A stretch of 64,000 nucleotides of DNA from Antedon mediterranea (taxonomy: Eukaryota > Animalia > Echinodermata): the NCBI RefSeq assembly GCF_964355755.1, contig NC_092674.1, positions 29,450,001-29,514,000 of the forward strand, written 5' to 3'. How positions within the stretch are numbered: position 1 is the first letter of the stretch; each line of letters opens with the position of its first letter. Below, one piece after another: positions 49,001 to 62,629 of the stretch. Position numbers and translations under genes: made by a program. The notes beneath the pieces are model-generated. The model made no database searches and was not told the origin of the DNA. It was given only the letters and a program-made list of their open reading frames with translations.

Positions 49001-52000
49001 GAGATAACGAAATATAATCGAAAACCGTTTTCTTTACTTGGTTATTGTTTTTTTAAATATTATATTTAGTGATTATGGTTCAGTGGCGGGAGTAAACTTT
49101 TTGACGTGGATGTTATTTGCAATACCCAGTATGATTGTCTGTCTGTTCTTTGCCTGGATTTGGTTGCAGTACATGTTTTTGGGATGCAGGTATTTACTGG
49201 TAACAACAGTACGTCTGTGGAAGTGATTTTACCCGTGAAAATTGGATTTACCCTTTAATGTATATCTTATTAGTTCCAATTTCAATTTTAGTACAGCCCT
49301 TTCCGCTCTCCCCAGCCCACGATTTGTCCCCATCCCCCATCCATTTTTTCTGGTGTGTTTTCAATTCAAATCATCAGTATAAACATTGATATCTTGAGAC
49401 TTAGCAGAACAATATTTTAATTTTAGTTGCAAGTTTTGGCGGTGTAGTTGTCTTCACAAACAGGAGCACGACCAAATTGACACCACCAACGAAGAGTCTG
49501 TTACAGCCGTACTCAGGCAACAGTATAATGCGCTTGGGAAAGTGAGGTAAGTCTAAAAAACCATTCAAAGAATCGGCCTAAAATCAATAGTACTAACTCA
49601 AACACGCGACTGGGTCAGCCACATGTATATTATGGCCTTGTTAAAATTACATTTTTTGTTTTTAATTAAATTCCTTTTTCAGTTTTGCAGAAAAAGCTGT
49701 TTTGTTCCATTTTGTCATTCTGTTGCTGCTTTGGATAACACGTGATCCCAAATTTATTCCCGGTTGGTCAGTTTGGTTTAAAGAAAAGTAAGTACGACAC
49801 GTGACACTCTTAACTTACCAACGATAATTTCCGATCTTAAAATGTACCCTATCTATCTATCTTGCTAAATATTTGTTCTTTTTTCGTTTTAGGTATGTTA
49901 CTGATTCAACGTGTGCGATGCTCATCTCAGTCAGCTTGTTCATGTTTCCAGTAGAACCGCCGGGTTGGACGTGCCGCAGACCGACAACAAAAAGTATGAT
50001 AGGATAATCAAACCATGTAATAAGTCTAGTCGTCACGTCCATATGCAGCTACTGTATACGTATTTTAGCCATAGTATATCTAATCCCATGCGTAGAGAGG
50101 ATTTGGAAGATTGAAACATGATTACGCATGCGTACAAGCTGACGCTTTCGATTCGCGTCCGTGAATAAATTAGCTTAGTTGAAAATTGAGAGTGTTTGTT
50201 CCAGGTTACAGTAGTTTTAAATATATATATTTTTACACCAGCCGTTATCACAGTTAGGTGCTGGGTACGTGCGTAGGATGGCTGCATTCCACCTTTTGGC
50301 TCCCCTAAGTGTGCCTCCTTAGTAGGCCTAATGGCTTATCAGTGACCTTTCACGTGTGTGTTTTGTTTAGAATCTTCTTCACCTGCAGAAGCAGCATCCA
50401 CCACCACAAATGACTGTGGTTCAATCTTAACATGGCCAGCTGTCCACCAGAAGATGGCATGGAACGTCATCATCCTGCTTGGTGGAGGCTTCGCAATGGC
50501 TGAAGCTTGTAAGGTTGTTACAAAACATATCTGTTTTTATTAACTAGAGCTTGGTTCCCACTAGAACGTAACGCAAGTAAGTGATTTGACCATGTACCCA
50601 TAACAAGGAATGAATTATTCGAACAGTGGCTTGTCATTGGTCATCACGCTTGCGTTACGTCGTTGTGTTGCGTCCTAGAGTGGGAACAAAGCATTAGACG
50701 CAACGCAACGACGTAGGCACAACGCAAATGAGTTGACCAATCACAGAGTTTGGATGATGATCCATCTCGTCATGATTGGTCAAATTACTGCTTGCGGCGT
50801 CGTGCTAATGATCTTGCGTTTCGCCAAGTCGCTTTTCTAAACGACAAGTGTCACAAAGCGTGACAATGCGACAATCATTGCAAGTGGGCGACATAAATAA
50901 CTTCTTGAATTCTGTTTGCAATTTTAAGTTTGATCTTGTTATAATCAGTATTATTCTTTTATATCATTAAAAAGAAAATGGTTCGATATCACATTTTTGT
51001 GTAAACATCCTGTATAGGCCCATCGCACCCCCAAGATCCCCACGATAAGGGCGTATAGGCCCATTATCTTCAAGATCACCCAAGATAGATACAACAAGTA
51101 CCCAAATCCAGCTAGCTCTGTATTAAAGGCCAGGTGCGGGCAAAAAATTTCTATTGATCATACATTCCAATAATTATCGATCTATAGTTTCCCCTATGTT
51201 TCATAATTTTTTGGGATTTTATTTGTGTTACAGGAGCTTGTTGAAAATTAGCACTTTCATATCAGTGGGGGGATAGTTCAAATTACACAGTAAAATCTAT
51301 ATTCTTTTGTACACAAATTTTAAAAATAGAGAGGCATTTTAAAAAGCTATGAAAAATAAACGGTGTGGTAAAAAATGTTATCAGATGACTAAATATAGGT
51401 AATATAACTTGAATTTTACATTTCTGGTATTTTTATTCAACTTCAGAATTTTATTTTCATGCTATAGCAAAAATTATCCACCGTATATCCACCATCTTTT
51501 TTCACCTTCTAGGGAGTCACCAGACATGTTATTACATTATGTTAACTACCTAACTACTGAAATAAAGTCTTCCTGTTTTTTTTGGCAGAATTTTGCCAAA
51601 TTTTGTATTTGACCATATTAGGGGAAATTCATGGTTTTTCGTCTTGATTTCTGTTACAAATATTTGATTTATGTACAATTAACCAGATATTATATTTCAA
51701 ATTCATGCCTGTACCTGAGCTTTAAAGTTTAATGATAATTTCGTGGTGGTTTTTTTGCGCAGGAATCTGGACTATCGAAGTGGATCGGAATCCAACTGTC
51801 TAGCCTGGATCAAGTGCCGCCTGCCATTCTCCTCTTCGCCATCACCATTCTCATTGCGTTTCTCACTGAGTTCACAAGCAATACGTCAACTGCTAATATA
51901 TTTCTTCCATTGATGGCTGAATTAGTAAGTGTGATTTTAATGTGTTAATAAGGTTTATCGCAAATAGCGTACGCAACGCATGATGGGAAGGGTTTGGGAG

Positions 52001-53618
52001 CAAACGTCACGACGCGTACGTATACGTACATGATTTGTTGTTTGTCCGATTGACGTTTGTTCCTAAACCCTTCCTATCATACATTGTGCAATGACGTTCC
52101 TCGCGAAATCAAGCTTGCGATAAACCACGGGAAGACGTCCGAATTAGATCGGTTTCCACTAAAGCTTGGTTCTCACTAGAGACACAACACAAGGACGTAA
52201 CGCAACGTAAGCGAGTTCACTAATGACAAGCGACAGTTTGAATATTTCATCGCTTAAAGCTTGGTTCCCACTAGAACGTAACGCAAGGACGTAAACGCAA
52301 CGCAAGCGTTTTAACCAATGACAAGCGAAGTTATAGACAGTTAGCAATCACAAGCGAATAAGTAATCGCTTGTGATTGGTCAATTCGGTTGCGTTGCGTT
52401 ACGTCTTCGTGTTGCGTCTATAGTGAGAACCAAGCTCACGGGACGCAACGCCACGACGTAAGTGCAACGCATATAATTTGACCAATCAAAAGGATGTACT
52501 CGTTGCTGTGTTTGTTGGTTAAATATTATTATCAACATCAATCATTATACGTCATTATTTTAAAATTATCATTAAATTCCAGTTAACACGATGTTTTCAC
52601 TCGATGGCAATTCGTGGAAACCCTTTTTGATCATGGGCCAAAAATAAAAAGTACCTAATAATAATGATTATTTTTAACGGTGTGTTACGGTATAGTTTAA
52701 CGGTGTGTTACGGTATAGTTTAACGGTGTGTGTTACGGTATAGTTTAACGGTGTGTGTTACGGTATAGTTTTGGGCCAAAAAACACAATAAGAACGTTAA
52801 AGTGGCGTCTGATTTCTTAAATTCTTTTTAAGAAGAATACTCGCCGTATTTTTCGAAAGCTAATTATTTGACGGCGGTGCATGCACCTGATGGACTTCGA
52901 AATGAATTAGCTCGAATTGAACACGTGTATCAGATGCAAAACAACCTTGCTTTTTTCAAAGTCTTGATTAGTCTTTCATTTAATTTTAGGCCATTGAAAT
53001 TGGTGTCAACCCGTTGTACTTCATTATGACCTCAGCTATCGCCTGCTCGTTTGCGTTTATGTTACCAGTGGCGACGCCTCCAAACGCGATTGCGTTCTCT
53101 TACGGATCGCTGACGGTTATGGATATGGTAAGCTTAATGACATAATACATGACATATATCTAAAAATAGAATTCAATGTTTGTAAGACTTTATTTAATCA
53201 TTTTAATTAAATTATTCTTAAAATACAATATAATAATATAAGAAAAAGATGGCTCTGTATTTATCAACGCCACAGCAACAACAACATTTCACGCGCACGT
53301 TGAAATGTTGATGATAATGGTACAACTTTTGTACGCGCGCGTCACTGAGATGACGATGTTACCGCGTACCTGTTGTATTCTATTGTGATTCATTATAGCA
53401 TAGTAGTGCACTTACTGCAAATAATTCATTATGCGTTTTTTTCATTGTAGGTAAAAGCCGGTGCTATAATGAACATCATCTGTATAGTAGTAACGAACAT
53501 CAATATCAATACGCTTGGGCGTGCTGTATTTGATGTGCATTTATATCCAGACTGGATCCCGACACCATCTGATGCAATCCCCACAACCGACATAATAGGT
53601 CTAACGACGTTCAATTAA
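43007..53618 (+). CDS. SLC13: SLC13 family Na+/di-tricarboxylate or sulfate cotransporter (INDY-like), 13 exons
   Basis: Exons 43007-43105, 43934-44199, 44735-44849, 47806-47876, 48467-48625, 49070-49189, 49427-49546, 49683-49787, 49893-49993, 50371-50513, 51763-51924, 52990-53127, 53451-53618. Motifs [81 protein letters not shown]. Paralog and substrate cannot be assigned by eye. Confidence 0.95.
44322..44500. mobile_element. MITE family B, intact fold-back copy with TAA TSD
   Basis: TAA|AGCTTGGTTCCCACTAG...CTAGTGGGAACCACGCT|TAA. Confidence 0.88.
44871..46702. mobile_element. 1.83-kb non-autonomous DNA transposon (hAT-like termini, 5-bp TSD)
   Basis: AAATT|CAGGCCCGTATGCAG...CTGGATACGGGCCTG|AAATT: 15-bp TIR with 1 mismatch. 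GC-rich subterminal 22-bp repeats GGGGCCGCCAAGGGCCCCCGGT. No transposase ORF. Confidence 0.82.
47150..47581. mobile_element. Cluster of nested or adjacent family B MITEs
   Basis: Several GGTTCCCACT starts and GGGAACCAAGC ends. Confidence 0.75.
50548..50830. mobile_element. Family B MITE plus adjacent fragment
   Basis: AGCTTGGTTCCCACTAGAACGTAACGC...CTAGAGTGGGAACAAAGC, followed by a related partial copy. Confidence 0.72.
51127..51721. mobile_element. Possible Kolobok-like non-autonomous element (TTAA TSD)
   Basis: TTAA|AGGCCAGGTGCGGG...CCTGTACCTGAGCT|TTAA. The TIR matches at only 10 of 14 positions. Confidence 0.45.
51952..52126. mobile_element. Fold-back MITE
   Basis: GGTTTATCGCAA/TTGCGATAAACC ends, plus inner arms ATGATGGGAAGGGTTTGGGAGCAAACGTCA / TGACGTTTGTTCCTAAACCCTTCCTATCAT. 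Confidence 0.7.
52153..52520. mobile_element. Nested family B MITEs
   Basis: Left TIRs at 52163 and 52258, each after TAA; right TIR ends at 52436. The inner copy is nearly identical to 44322-44500. Confidence 0.78.
52673..52771. repeat. 23-25 bp tandem repeat x4
   Basis: TTTAACGGTGTG(TG)TTACGGTATAG. Confidence 0.9.
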
Positions 53619-54710
53619 TAATTAGTTCACGTACTTGACAACGGTGGGGTGGCCTAGAAAATGCAACACCCTAGATTCCAAACCGAAATGCGTAAAAAGA
53701 TCAATATTCTGGCACATATGGCGTTTCTTACGTATAATACATGAGTTTGTATTTTCAGAAAAAAATCCGAACTCCGAATTGTGGACTAGTGGAAAAGACA
53801 ATAAATACAGACCTGGGGCAAGTCTGCAACACCCCACTCGTTTATGTTATATTCGTACGTTATATTTAATCAATATTTGGCTAATAGCCTACTATAGGCC
53901 TATTTACCGTCATTGTATACACTTTATACATTATTTAGTATAATATCAATAATATTAGGCCTATTTAAGTTTGTAAAACAATAATAATTAATGTTTCGAT
54001 AAAAAGTATATTATACTAATATTTAATATATGTTAATTTAATCAAAGCACTTTTTTTTTAATGGGACAAATAGAACAATAAAATTTGCCATTTCGTTGAC
54101 CTTCTAGAACTGGAATTGTTGTCTAGGTCATGCATTTCCCAGGAAAGACTCCTCAAACACCATGAACATATTTTTCTAGCTTTGTTTCGTCGGTAGACGA
54201 TTTAGCAGAATTATAATCTCATGGGGGTGATTGTTTTGGGGTACCAAGAAAGGAGAGCAAAGGTGTACCCCACAGAGACAGCCATTTCGTAATGATAGCC
54301 ATAATGCCTGGTAATTAACAGTAAAGTTCTCTCCCCAGTCGACACGTCCAACCCACAAAAGTATTTTTACGTTTCATCTAAGAATTGAAGGACGGACTTT
54401 TATTCTCTTGGTGATCCCGGCTGACTGAAAAGGAGACACTCCTGTTGTGCAAACCCTGTTTTAATTTAAAATCAAATTAAAACACACCCTTTAAATCATG
54501 ATTTCTTTCAAATGTTATGTTAATAAATCACCGAATTGATTATTAGCTTTTTGAATACGGCAATAGTAGGTCTATACGGCCGCGCCCTATATCACAGATT
54601 TATATCTCATCATGAAAGTTTGTGCGTGTCAATTTATAGAGGGCGGTATAATAAAAAAAAAGTTTTCGCAAGTGTACACGATCGGTCAAAGTTCAGATCT
54701 GATAACAACA

Positions 54711-57700
54711 ATGGCAGTAGACGTGGTACAGTTGGTTTATGTTGCAATTGTTTTGATTATTGCAACTATTTTGCTTGTAAGTTAAATTTTAAATATATTT
54801 TTATATATACATATGCATTTAAGATTAAGTATGAACGTTACTACTTATAATTTAGTTTGTAGTGTCACACAGACCGGTAGTCAGGTACACTATCTTCTTC
54901 TGATTCAGACTGGCTGGTGGCTGGCTAGCTAGCAAGTTACTGTGTGTGGGGCCCTCTCTCTCCTGCTGAATATATGATGAAAGGTGTATTGATTTAGGCA
55001 TCATCAGAGGGCCCCAGCAAAAAACAGTCTATCATGTTATAATACTAATAATAGTGCTTCTTACAAGCATAATATTAATAATATAGGCGGTACAGTTGGC
55101 CACTATCACTATTAAAACCTAGCACAATTTTTAGTACTTCTACTAGCCAGACTAAAGGCCTATTTATTAATTATATATATTATTATAAATATCAAGTACA
55201 AGGAAATAGGCTAGTGTGTTCCCACTATTTTGTTTATATTTTCAGAGTTTAATATTCATTTATATCTCAAGCCCAATGCCTGATTTACGTCGATTTGAAA
55301 GCGAAAAGTATTTTTTAAATCCCAACAATGGAAATGAAAAAGTGTCTTTCCCAAGCATAGATGACCCTCCAAACATTGAACTGTCTGTAGTTGTTCCTTC
55401 TTATAATGAAGAGGAAAGATGTAAGTATTTCACAAACAACAGTTTAAAATATAAATATGACAAAATAAGCATTGCAATGACTGTATATTGAATATTCAAT
55501 TTATTTGTACTAATCATATTTTGGTTTTTTCAGTACCTATAATGTTAGATGAGGCTTTAGAATATCTTGAATCAAGACAAGTAAGTACACAGACACTCCT
55601 CACACCACCTTCCTTTCTTTCACATTGTTCAACAAATTTACTATTATACAGTACATGCTGTGTTCTTTGATCTTTAATTTGCCATAATTGTACAGTGTTC
55701 TTTGATGCTTTTATACCTTTCTTATATGATATGTTTTAACTCTTTAATATAATTGTTTTTGCAGAAAGAAAATTCCTCTTTTACTTATGAAATTGTAGTA
55801 GTTGATGATGGTAGTAAGGATAAAACTTCAGAGGTTTGTCAGTTTCTTATATGTTTGTGTTCTTGTGCACACTGTAATGAACAGTCATTAACCCTTCTCA
55901 AACAATTTAAAACACATGTGACTTTAGACCCAGCATTAATCTCTATTTATAACTTGAATACTCACTGAGTTTTGGTTGAAATTAAATGTTTCCTTCTTTT
56001 GTCTTTTTATAAGTGAAATAATTATTTATTTCAGTTTTTAGTCGCGTACAACGCGAATCTACAGCTCACTATGTCGGTCGGTTAACTTGACCAACGCGAC
56101 TATTACGCAACTGCAACTGCATAATAATACTGAATAACTTTATTCAAACTGCAAAATGGCCTATTTAAAGTCTGAATTTATTAATCTTCATTTTTTATGT
56201 TTTATGTTACCTACTGCACAATGTCAATACTTTTTCATTTTGTTTAGGTCGCTTTAGAATATTGCAAAAAATGGAGCATTAGCAAAGTACGAGTACTAAC
56301 ACTTGCTCAGAATCGGGGCAAAGGCGGTGCGGTCAGGTTAGGTGTTTTTAGCTCCAGAGGGCGCAAGATACTTTTTGCCGATGCAGATGGGGCTACTAAG
56401 TTTGAAGACTATACGAGCATGGATAAAGCCTTGCAAGGATTACTAAAAAATGATGTAAGAAGAATTTCTTAGTAATTTGGTATAGATAATTCAACAATGT
56501 ATTCACTGAACAAACTCAAGACAGTCAAATCTAGACATTTCTATTCAGTCATATTCTAATTTATAAAAAGTGTGCATTATAAATATAATCCAACGTTAGA
56601 AACTGTCGCATCTTAGGTCAAAGGTTAAAAATGATCGCATTAAGCAGATAATTATTTGATTTGAAATAGATAATTTTGTCACGAGTTGAATAGGTTAAAC
56701 CTGGCTTCCACAGAACTTTTATCGGCTACTTGAAAAATAAACAATAACATAGTAATAATGTATATAATAATATTTAATATTATCAATTTTTAATATATTC
56801 AGAGGTCTAATATTTATAATATTTATTAAATCATTTTGTTGTGAAATTTGACGTTTATTTATTGCAGAATGAGATGGGTATAGTTTGTGGGTCAAGAGCC
56901 CATTTACAATCAGAAGCTGTAGCAGAGGTATTGACAACATTGCTTGCAAAGTTATTTATTCAAATTTACGATATACATTTGGCTCAGTAGAAGTGAGGCA
57001 ATCTAACAACAGGACACTGAGCTCACCTTGCCAAGATAAAAACTTGTAACTTATGTCTGGCTGCGACAAATGCCAACAGTACTGTACTATGTGTGTCTGT
57101 TAAAGGACGTGAAACTGATCGTGTCGCAGCCACATTTAAACCCTTTGATCTCTGGAGCTCAGCATCCTGTTGTTAGATGATTACCTTGTTAAAAGACAAT
57201 GGTACCACCCTCTTTACATGTTTTCTTTTTTTCAATATTTAGAGGTCTTTTTTCCGTACGATCCTTATGTATGGCTTTCATTTTCTTGTTTGGTTCCTGT
57301 GTGTTAGAGGCATCAAGGACACACAGTGTGGGTTTAAGCTTCTATCAAGGAAAGCAGCTAGCCAAGTCTTTACTTGTCTACACGTCAATAGATGGTCAGT
57401 TTTACTTTTATTTTCTGGTCTAGTTGTCCCATGACCTAGAGGATTGTAGGGACGTAGCAGATGAGATACAGTCCACCAAGTCCTTCCATAGGGGTATTGG
57501 TAGTTGTACCCATCATGATGTGATATACAGGCATAGACCATATCTCCCAGTGGTGTCGATGGTTCTCCTGAACCGACGCCCTTGTAGTTGGTTTTTTTTA
57601 GTACTTATTGGGTGTCCAACCACTCTCCACACCATGCTCCTAAAGAATTTGGTGGGTAATGTTAATAATATAATTGTTTTTGTTTGGTAGGGCATTTGAT

Positions 57701-58737
57701 GTGGAACTTCTTTACATTGCGCAATGTCTCAACATTCCAATAGCCGAAGTGGCTGTCAACTGGCAAGAAATAGATGGTTGGTTTAACATAAAAATATATT
57801 GCTTAACGGCATCGCCTATTTGTCATTGCGTTGCCCCTGCCATAAATAGTTTATCCGTCGTGCACAGTGCTCTACTCCATAGAAAGCCAAAGTTACAGGA
57901 ATAACGGATTGTTTATTCTTGTGTGATATACAGTATATTTTTAGTATAACGCATTACTGCACCAAATTGGTATATTGAATCTGCCCTGATAAAGAAAGAA
58001 ATACATTTATGATAAATTATAATACTGTAATAGGTTTATGTGTTAATGATGATAAAGATCGAATTTCAAAGATGTTAAATCCCAGTGTTAATGCATCATC
58101 TGCCTCCCCTGTGGATACATTACATACAGTAATATGCAAATATATGTATCCATTTATGAAATTACCTAATTAACATAATCATAAATTATACCATGTGCCA
58201 CATTAATAAAGTTATAATTGCTTTGTTATACTTTTAAACAAAGGTCATTGAATGTGATACCAACCACATTATCTATGTTATGTCTTGGTGCCATGCAGAC
58301 TTTTTACTACATTTCTTGGAAAGATGGGCTGTTTTCAAATGTAATTTAAAACGTTGCCAGGATGCAAACTTTTATTATCTACAGAATAGACTATGATAGG
58401 TTAGCCCAAAGATAGCTTAACCCAAACCCTGAATTATATAGTGTATATATTACCCTATAATTTCTCCCTGCTAACTTGAGCTGAGGTATTTTGTCATTTA
58501 CAGTATGGTGAAATTTATAAAATCCAATTAATTGACTAAGATTGGTTCATTAAGCAGTATTGATCGAATGATATTTGTTAATCTCAATTGATATATTTTC
58601 ATATTTATATTTATCCCATAGGATCCAAAATGGTTCCAGTTTTCAGTTGGATTCAGATGGGAAAAGATATTCTACTTATACGACTTCGTTATCTGATTGG
58701 CGCGTGGACGATAACAGACAAAAACAAGCGTGAATAA
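54711..58737 (+). CDS. ALG5: Dolichyl-phosphate beta-glucosyltransferase
   Basis: Exons 54711-54776, 55246-55420, 55534-55580, 55765-55833, 56248-56454, 56868-56927, 57243-57394, 57691-57776, 58622-58737. N-terminal TM segment; GT2 motifs LSVVVPSYNEEER, YEIVVVDDGSKDKT, NRGKGGAVR, FADADGATKF, GSRAHL, IKDTQCGFKL, RWAFDVELLYIA. Confidence 0.96.
56996..57186. mobile_element. Fold-back MITE in ALG5 intron 6
   Basis: ATCTAACAACAGGACACTGAGCTC / GAGCTCAGCATCCTGTTGTTAGAT outer arms and TGGCTGCGACA / TGTCGCAGCCA inner arms. Confidence 0.65.
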
Positions 58738-59884
58738 CGTACCAGTGTTTTTTAGTTTGGCGTCTCATTTACACGTTTACCAATTCCAAAATTGAAAATG
58801 TAATAATTTTAGCATCCCAATTTGACAATTATCATAGTAGATTCACTTAATATATGAATGATATTATGGTACTGTTATGTTTGTATCAAAATTCATTATC
58901 TTCCCCGAGAGAACTATGATGTAATGTGATTACGTTGGCCTAGTTTTTAGCATACCAAAGACATCAGCAATTCTTACTGTTAATAAATAAATTCAGATCT
59001 TGCAGTGAAGCTGTAGCTTGGTGGTTAACATGCTTGCCTTCCAATCCCAATGTCTGGTGTTCAATTCTGACTTAGTGCCATGGTTGTAACTCACGACTTT
59101 TCACTCCTTATGCCACAAATGAGATTTAGTTTAATGTTTTAAAAGCTTTGTATACTGTAGTTTATCCATCCTGTAACTTGTAAGTCTGTCTCTGTTGGAT
59201 GCGCATTCTCCATTCATTCTACATCATTACATGGAGCATTTGATCCCAATCTCCTCCTAATATTCCAAGTGTTGGATCCCACCATACATTATCAAAGCAA
59301 TACATTAATAAAAGCCACCAAGTAAAGCTTTTCTAATGTCTTTTAATATGTTCTTATTATTTGTAATTGGAGAGGGTTTAAATCAAAAAGGAAAAATAAT
59401 GTTGGAAATACAGTATATAAAGATGTGTGGCTAAGTCTAAAGTACAGTAGTTTTTGTATTACCTATTATGTAGTAGCCTGCAATAGACTCACTGCAACTA
59501 TGTATGTATGCATTATACTTAATGAATCCTTAAAGCAGTAATTACATGTGTTTACTCTATAACCTTTTAATTTTTTTTATAAGAGTAATCTTACACACTG
59601 TTTATTGTAGTGAATAAACTTTTTTTTAATATAAATAAAATCATATCTTATTACAGAAAAAAATGTTTCACTGCAGTTACTGCAGTAGAATAATTCTGAT
59701 ATGATTGCTATAATATGGTAGAGCTGGAACTAGCAGTGGCCCATGATTGTTAGTATATTTTGTTTGTTCTTCTGAGAAGGAGACACTTAATGCATATAAA
59801 TGTATTGAAAACTTTTACCTTACCTATATTTGAAAAAAAAAATGATGTGGAATCATGATTTAAGAAGTATTATCACTTAACTAA

Positions 59885-60048
59885 AGCTCTGTCTACATTA
59901 TCAAACTAGTTTGACAAAAAAAAAAGTGTGATGTGCCCAAATATGGTAGTGATATGCCCAAATATAATAGTGATATGACATCATCATGTCCATATATGGG
60001 CACATCATATTTTGTTGTCACTTAAAGTTTGATACCGTAGAAAGAGCT
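59885..60048. mobile_element. MITE family A
   Basis: TAA|AGCTCTGTCTACA...AGAGCT|TTA with the family core. Confidence 0.8.
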
Positions 60049-61019
60049 TTATATGATGAAATATATTTATATATAACAATGGATAGTATACAGTATTTTT
60101 GTATCTAAGTACACTATTCTCAACTCAACCAGTGTCCATAAAATTTGTTTAAACAAAAAAGATAAATGGACATCTCTTATATAATAGAAATATATTAATA
60201 AAATCAATTAGTGAATTACAGTATTATAAATTGGCTGAAAGTTAAATTGTGTTATTTGTAAAACTGCTGAAACTTAAAACCTAATGTATAAAAACAAAAA
60301 ATATTATTCCATAATAGGAGGCATGTAGTTGAGTCTATGAAAACGAACATAGAGGGGATATGCAGGGGGAAAAAAAAGGAAAATTATCGACTAACTAATT
60401 GGATTGGAATATGTTTTAATCCTTGTACGACAATATCTGTATAGATTAATGCTTTGGTCGTATTTTAGATAAATTAAAAGATACTAATTGCAATCTGGAG
60501 TACTGTATTAAATGAGCAAGATTACAATAGCAAAAGAACGGTATCTTGTTTTGGAAAGAAAACGATCACAAAAAAAGTATGGGTGGTATACACCGTACAT
60601 CGAATCGCTGGCAGAAAAAAAAAAAGTTTTTAGATATAAAATGACTCCAGATAATATAAAGTTTGCATACGGATTGACCCCTTATTATGAACAGGTACCG
60701 TCCGATAATGAAAGTTTTAAAAAGGGCGCGTATAAATGAAACTAACTTCTTTCCAATAAAATTGATGTGCAATAATTAAAAAGTTAAAAACTTTAAAAAG
60801 TTAACGCAACGCACGCATGAAATTATGTCACTCAGAACGAATAGTTCAGGGTGTCTGTACCTCTCCTTTATTTTCGAATTCAAATATGGTCCCTACTACG
60901 GTTCTTATTTAATGGAAAAGGTCTTTCCTTATTCAGGAAGGCGTGGAAATAATCTTTTCAAACAATAGACAACACAGGCTCAACACCCTCTGGCTTCTTG
61001 CTCACTCTGTGTGCCTCCG

Positions 61020-61479
61020 TCGTCCAGACGCCGCTTCTCGATGACGTCAGCTCCGTAGGTCAATCCCATATAACACACTTATATAAAATAGTTCTACTGT
61101 AGACTCGATTAAAAATATTACACTAATTGTAATTTTCTAAAATTAGTCAATACTATTATGTGAAATTATAAATTTTAAGTTTTTATATAGTATGCATTTT
61201 GAACTTGAATTAAATACTATTTTATCATTTTTTGTTGCGGATTGATATGATATGTGAACTGCCAAAGTATCTTTTTCGCTCGACTCGCTCACAAAAACTG
61301 CTCCAGTCCGTTGATTTCGTCGCCAACCAGTCTCAGCTATTTTAGCCTAGAATTAGTGAATGAACGGAAGAAAAAAACTCTTGTCATTTGGACGAGGAAA
61401 ACATCTTTTCATTGGTAATTGATTGCTTTATATCGAGTTATTGTTGAATAATTCCATTAGCATTTTTTTTATAAATCAG
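61020..61479 (+). promoter_or_regulatory. Probable Smad1/5/8 promoter and non-coding first exon
   Basis: Locally CpG-retaining. CAGACGCC at 61025-61032, CRE TGACGTCA at 61042-61049, strong donor CAG|GTATGT at 61479/61480 upstream of the 62139 acceptor. TSS not determined. Confidence 0.5.
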
Positions 61480-62143
61480 GTATGTTATGTTGATGTGAAT
61501 TTATAATATTGTTGTGTCTAAAACTCTTCCACATGCGTTTTTTTGGTTTGTGTGACGGTGGTGTGAGGCTGTTGATCCTCCTCACAACAGCGAGAAAAAT
61601 AATATCGAGAGGGTATAGCCTAGGCTAGGCCTATTTTGCAAAGTGTTTACAGAATGAAATTATTTGATGATAACATTGACAACAATTTTGCCTATTTATA
61701 GCTTAGTATAGTAGGCCTCTATAGGCCTAGGCCTAGCTAGTATCGGCCTAGGTTTAGGTAGGATCTTTTTTTTACAATTATAATTTATTGATTGAAACAT
61801 TTCATTTATTTCGTTGTCTGGCCTCTCTAAAGTTAGGGCCAGGCGCTACTACTGCACCTTAAAAAGTGGCTAGTCTACCTAGGTAGGCTCTAACCTATAG
61901 CCTAATAAATAATAATAGACCTACACTGTCTGTGTGTACACGGTATAAATAGGCCTAGCCTATGCCTAGTCTTATTTAAATAATAATTGAATAGGGGACA
62001 TGCACATTTCTAAACCAATTTTTCTAGGCATACCTCATTGCCATAAAATTAATTTGAAATATAATTTGTTTTTCTATTAGTAATAAAATCAGTCATAAAA
62101 ATCCTGACATAAAAGTTTTATAATATATTTCATTTCAGGTTGA

Positions 62144-62629
<486 letters not shown>

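Noticed and set aside
54948-55015. Possible C/D snoRNA in ALG5 intron 1 (10-bp terminal stem, ATGATGA)
   Set aside because: The C box is not next to the stem and there is no CTGA D box before the 3' arm.
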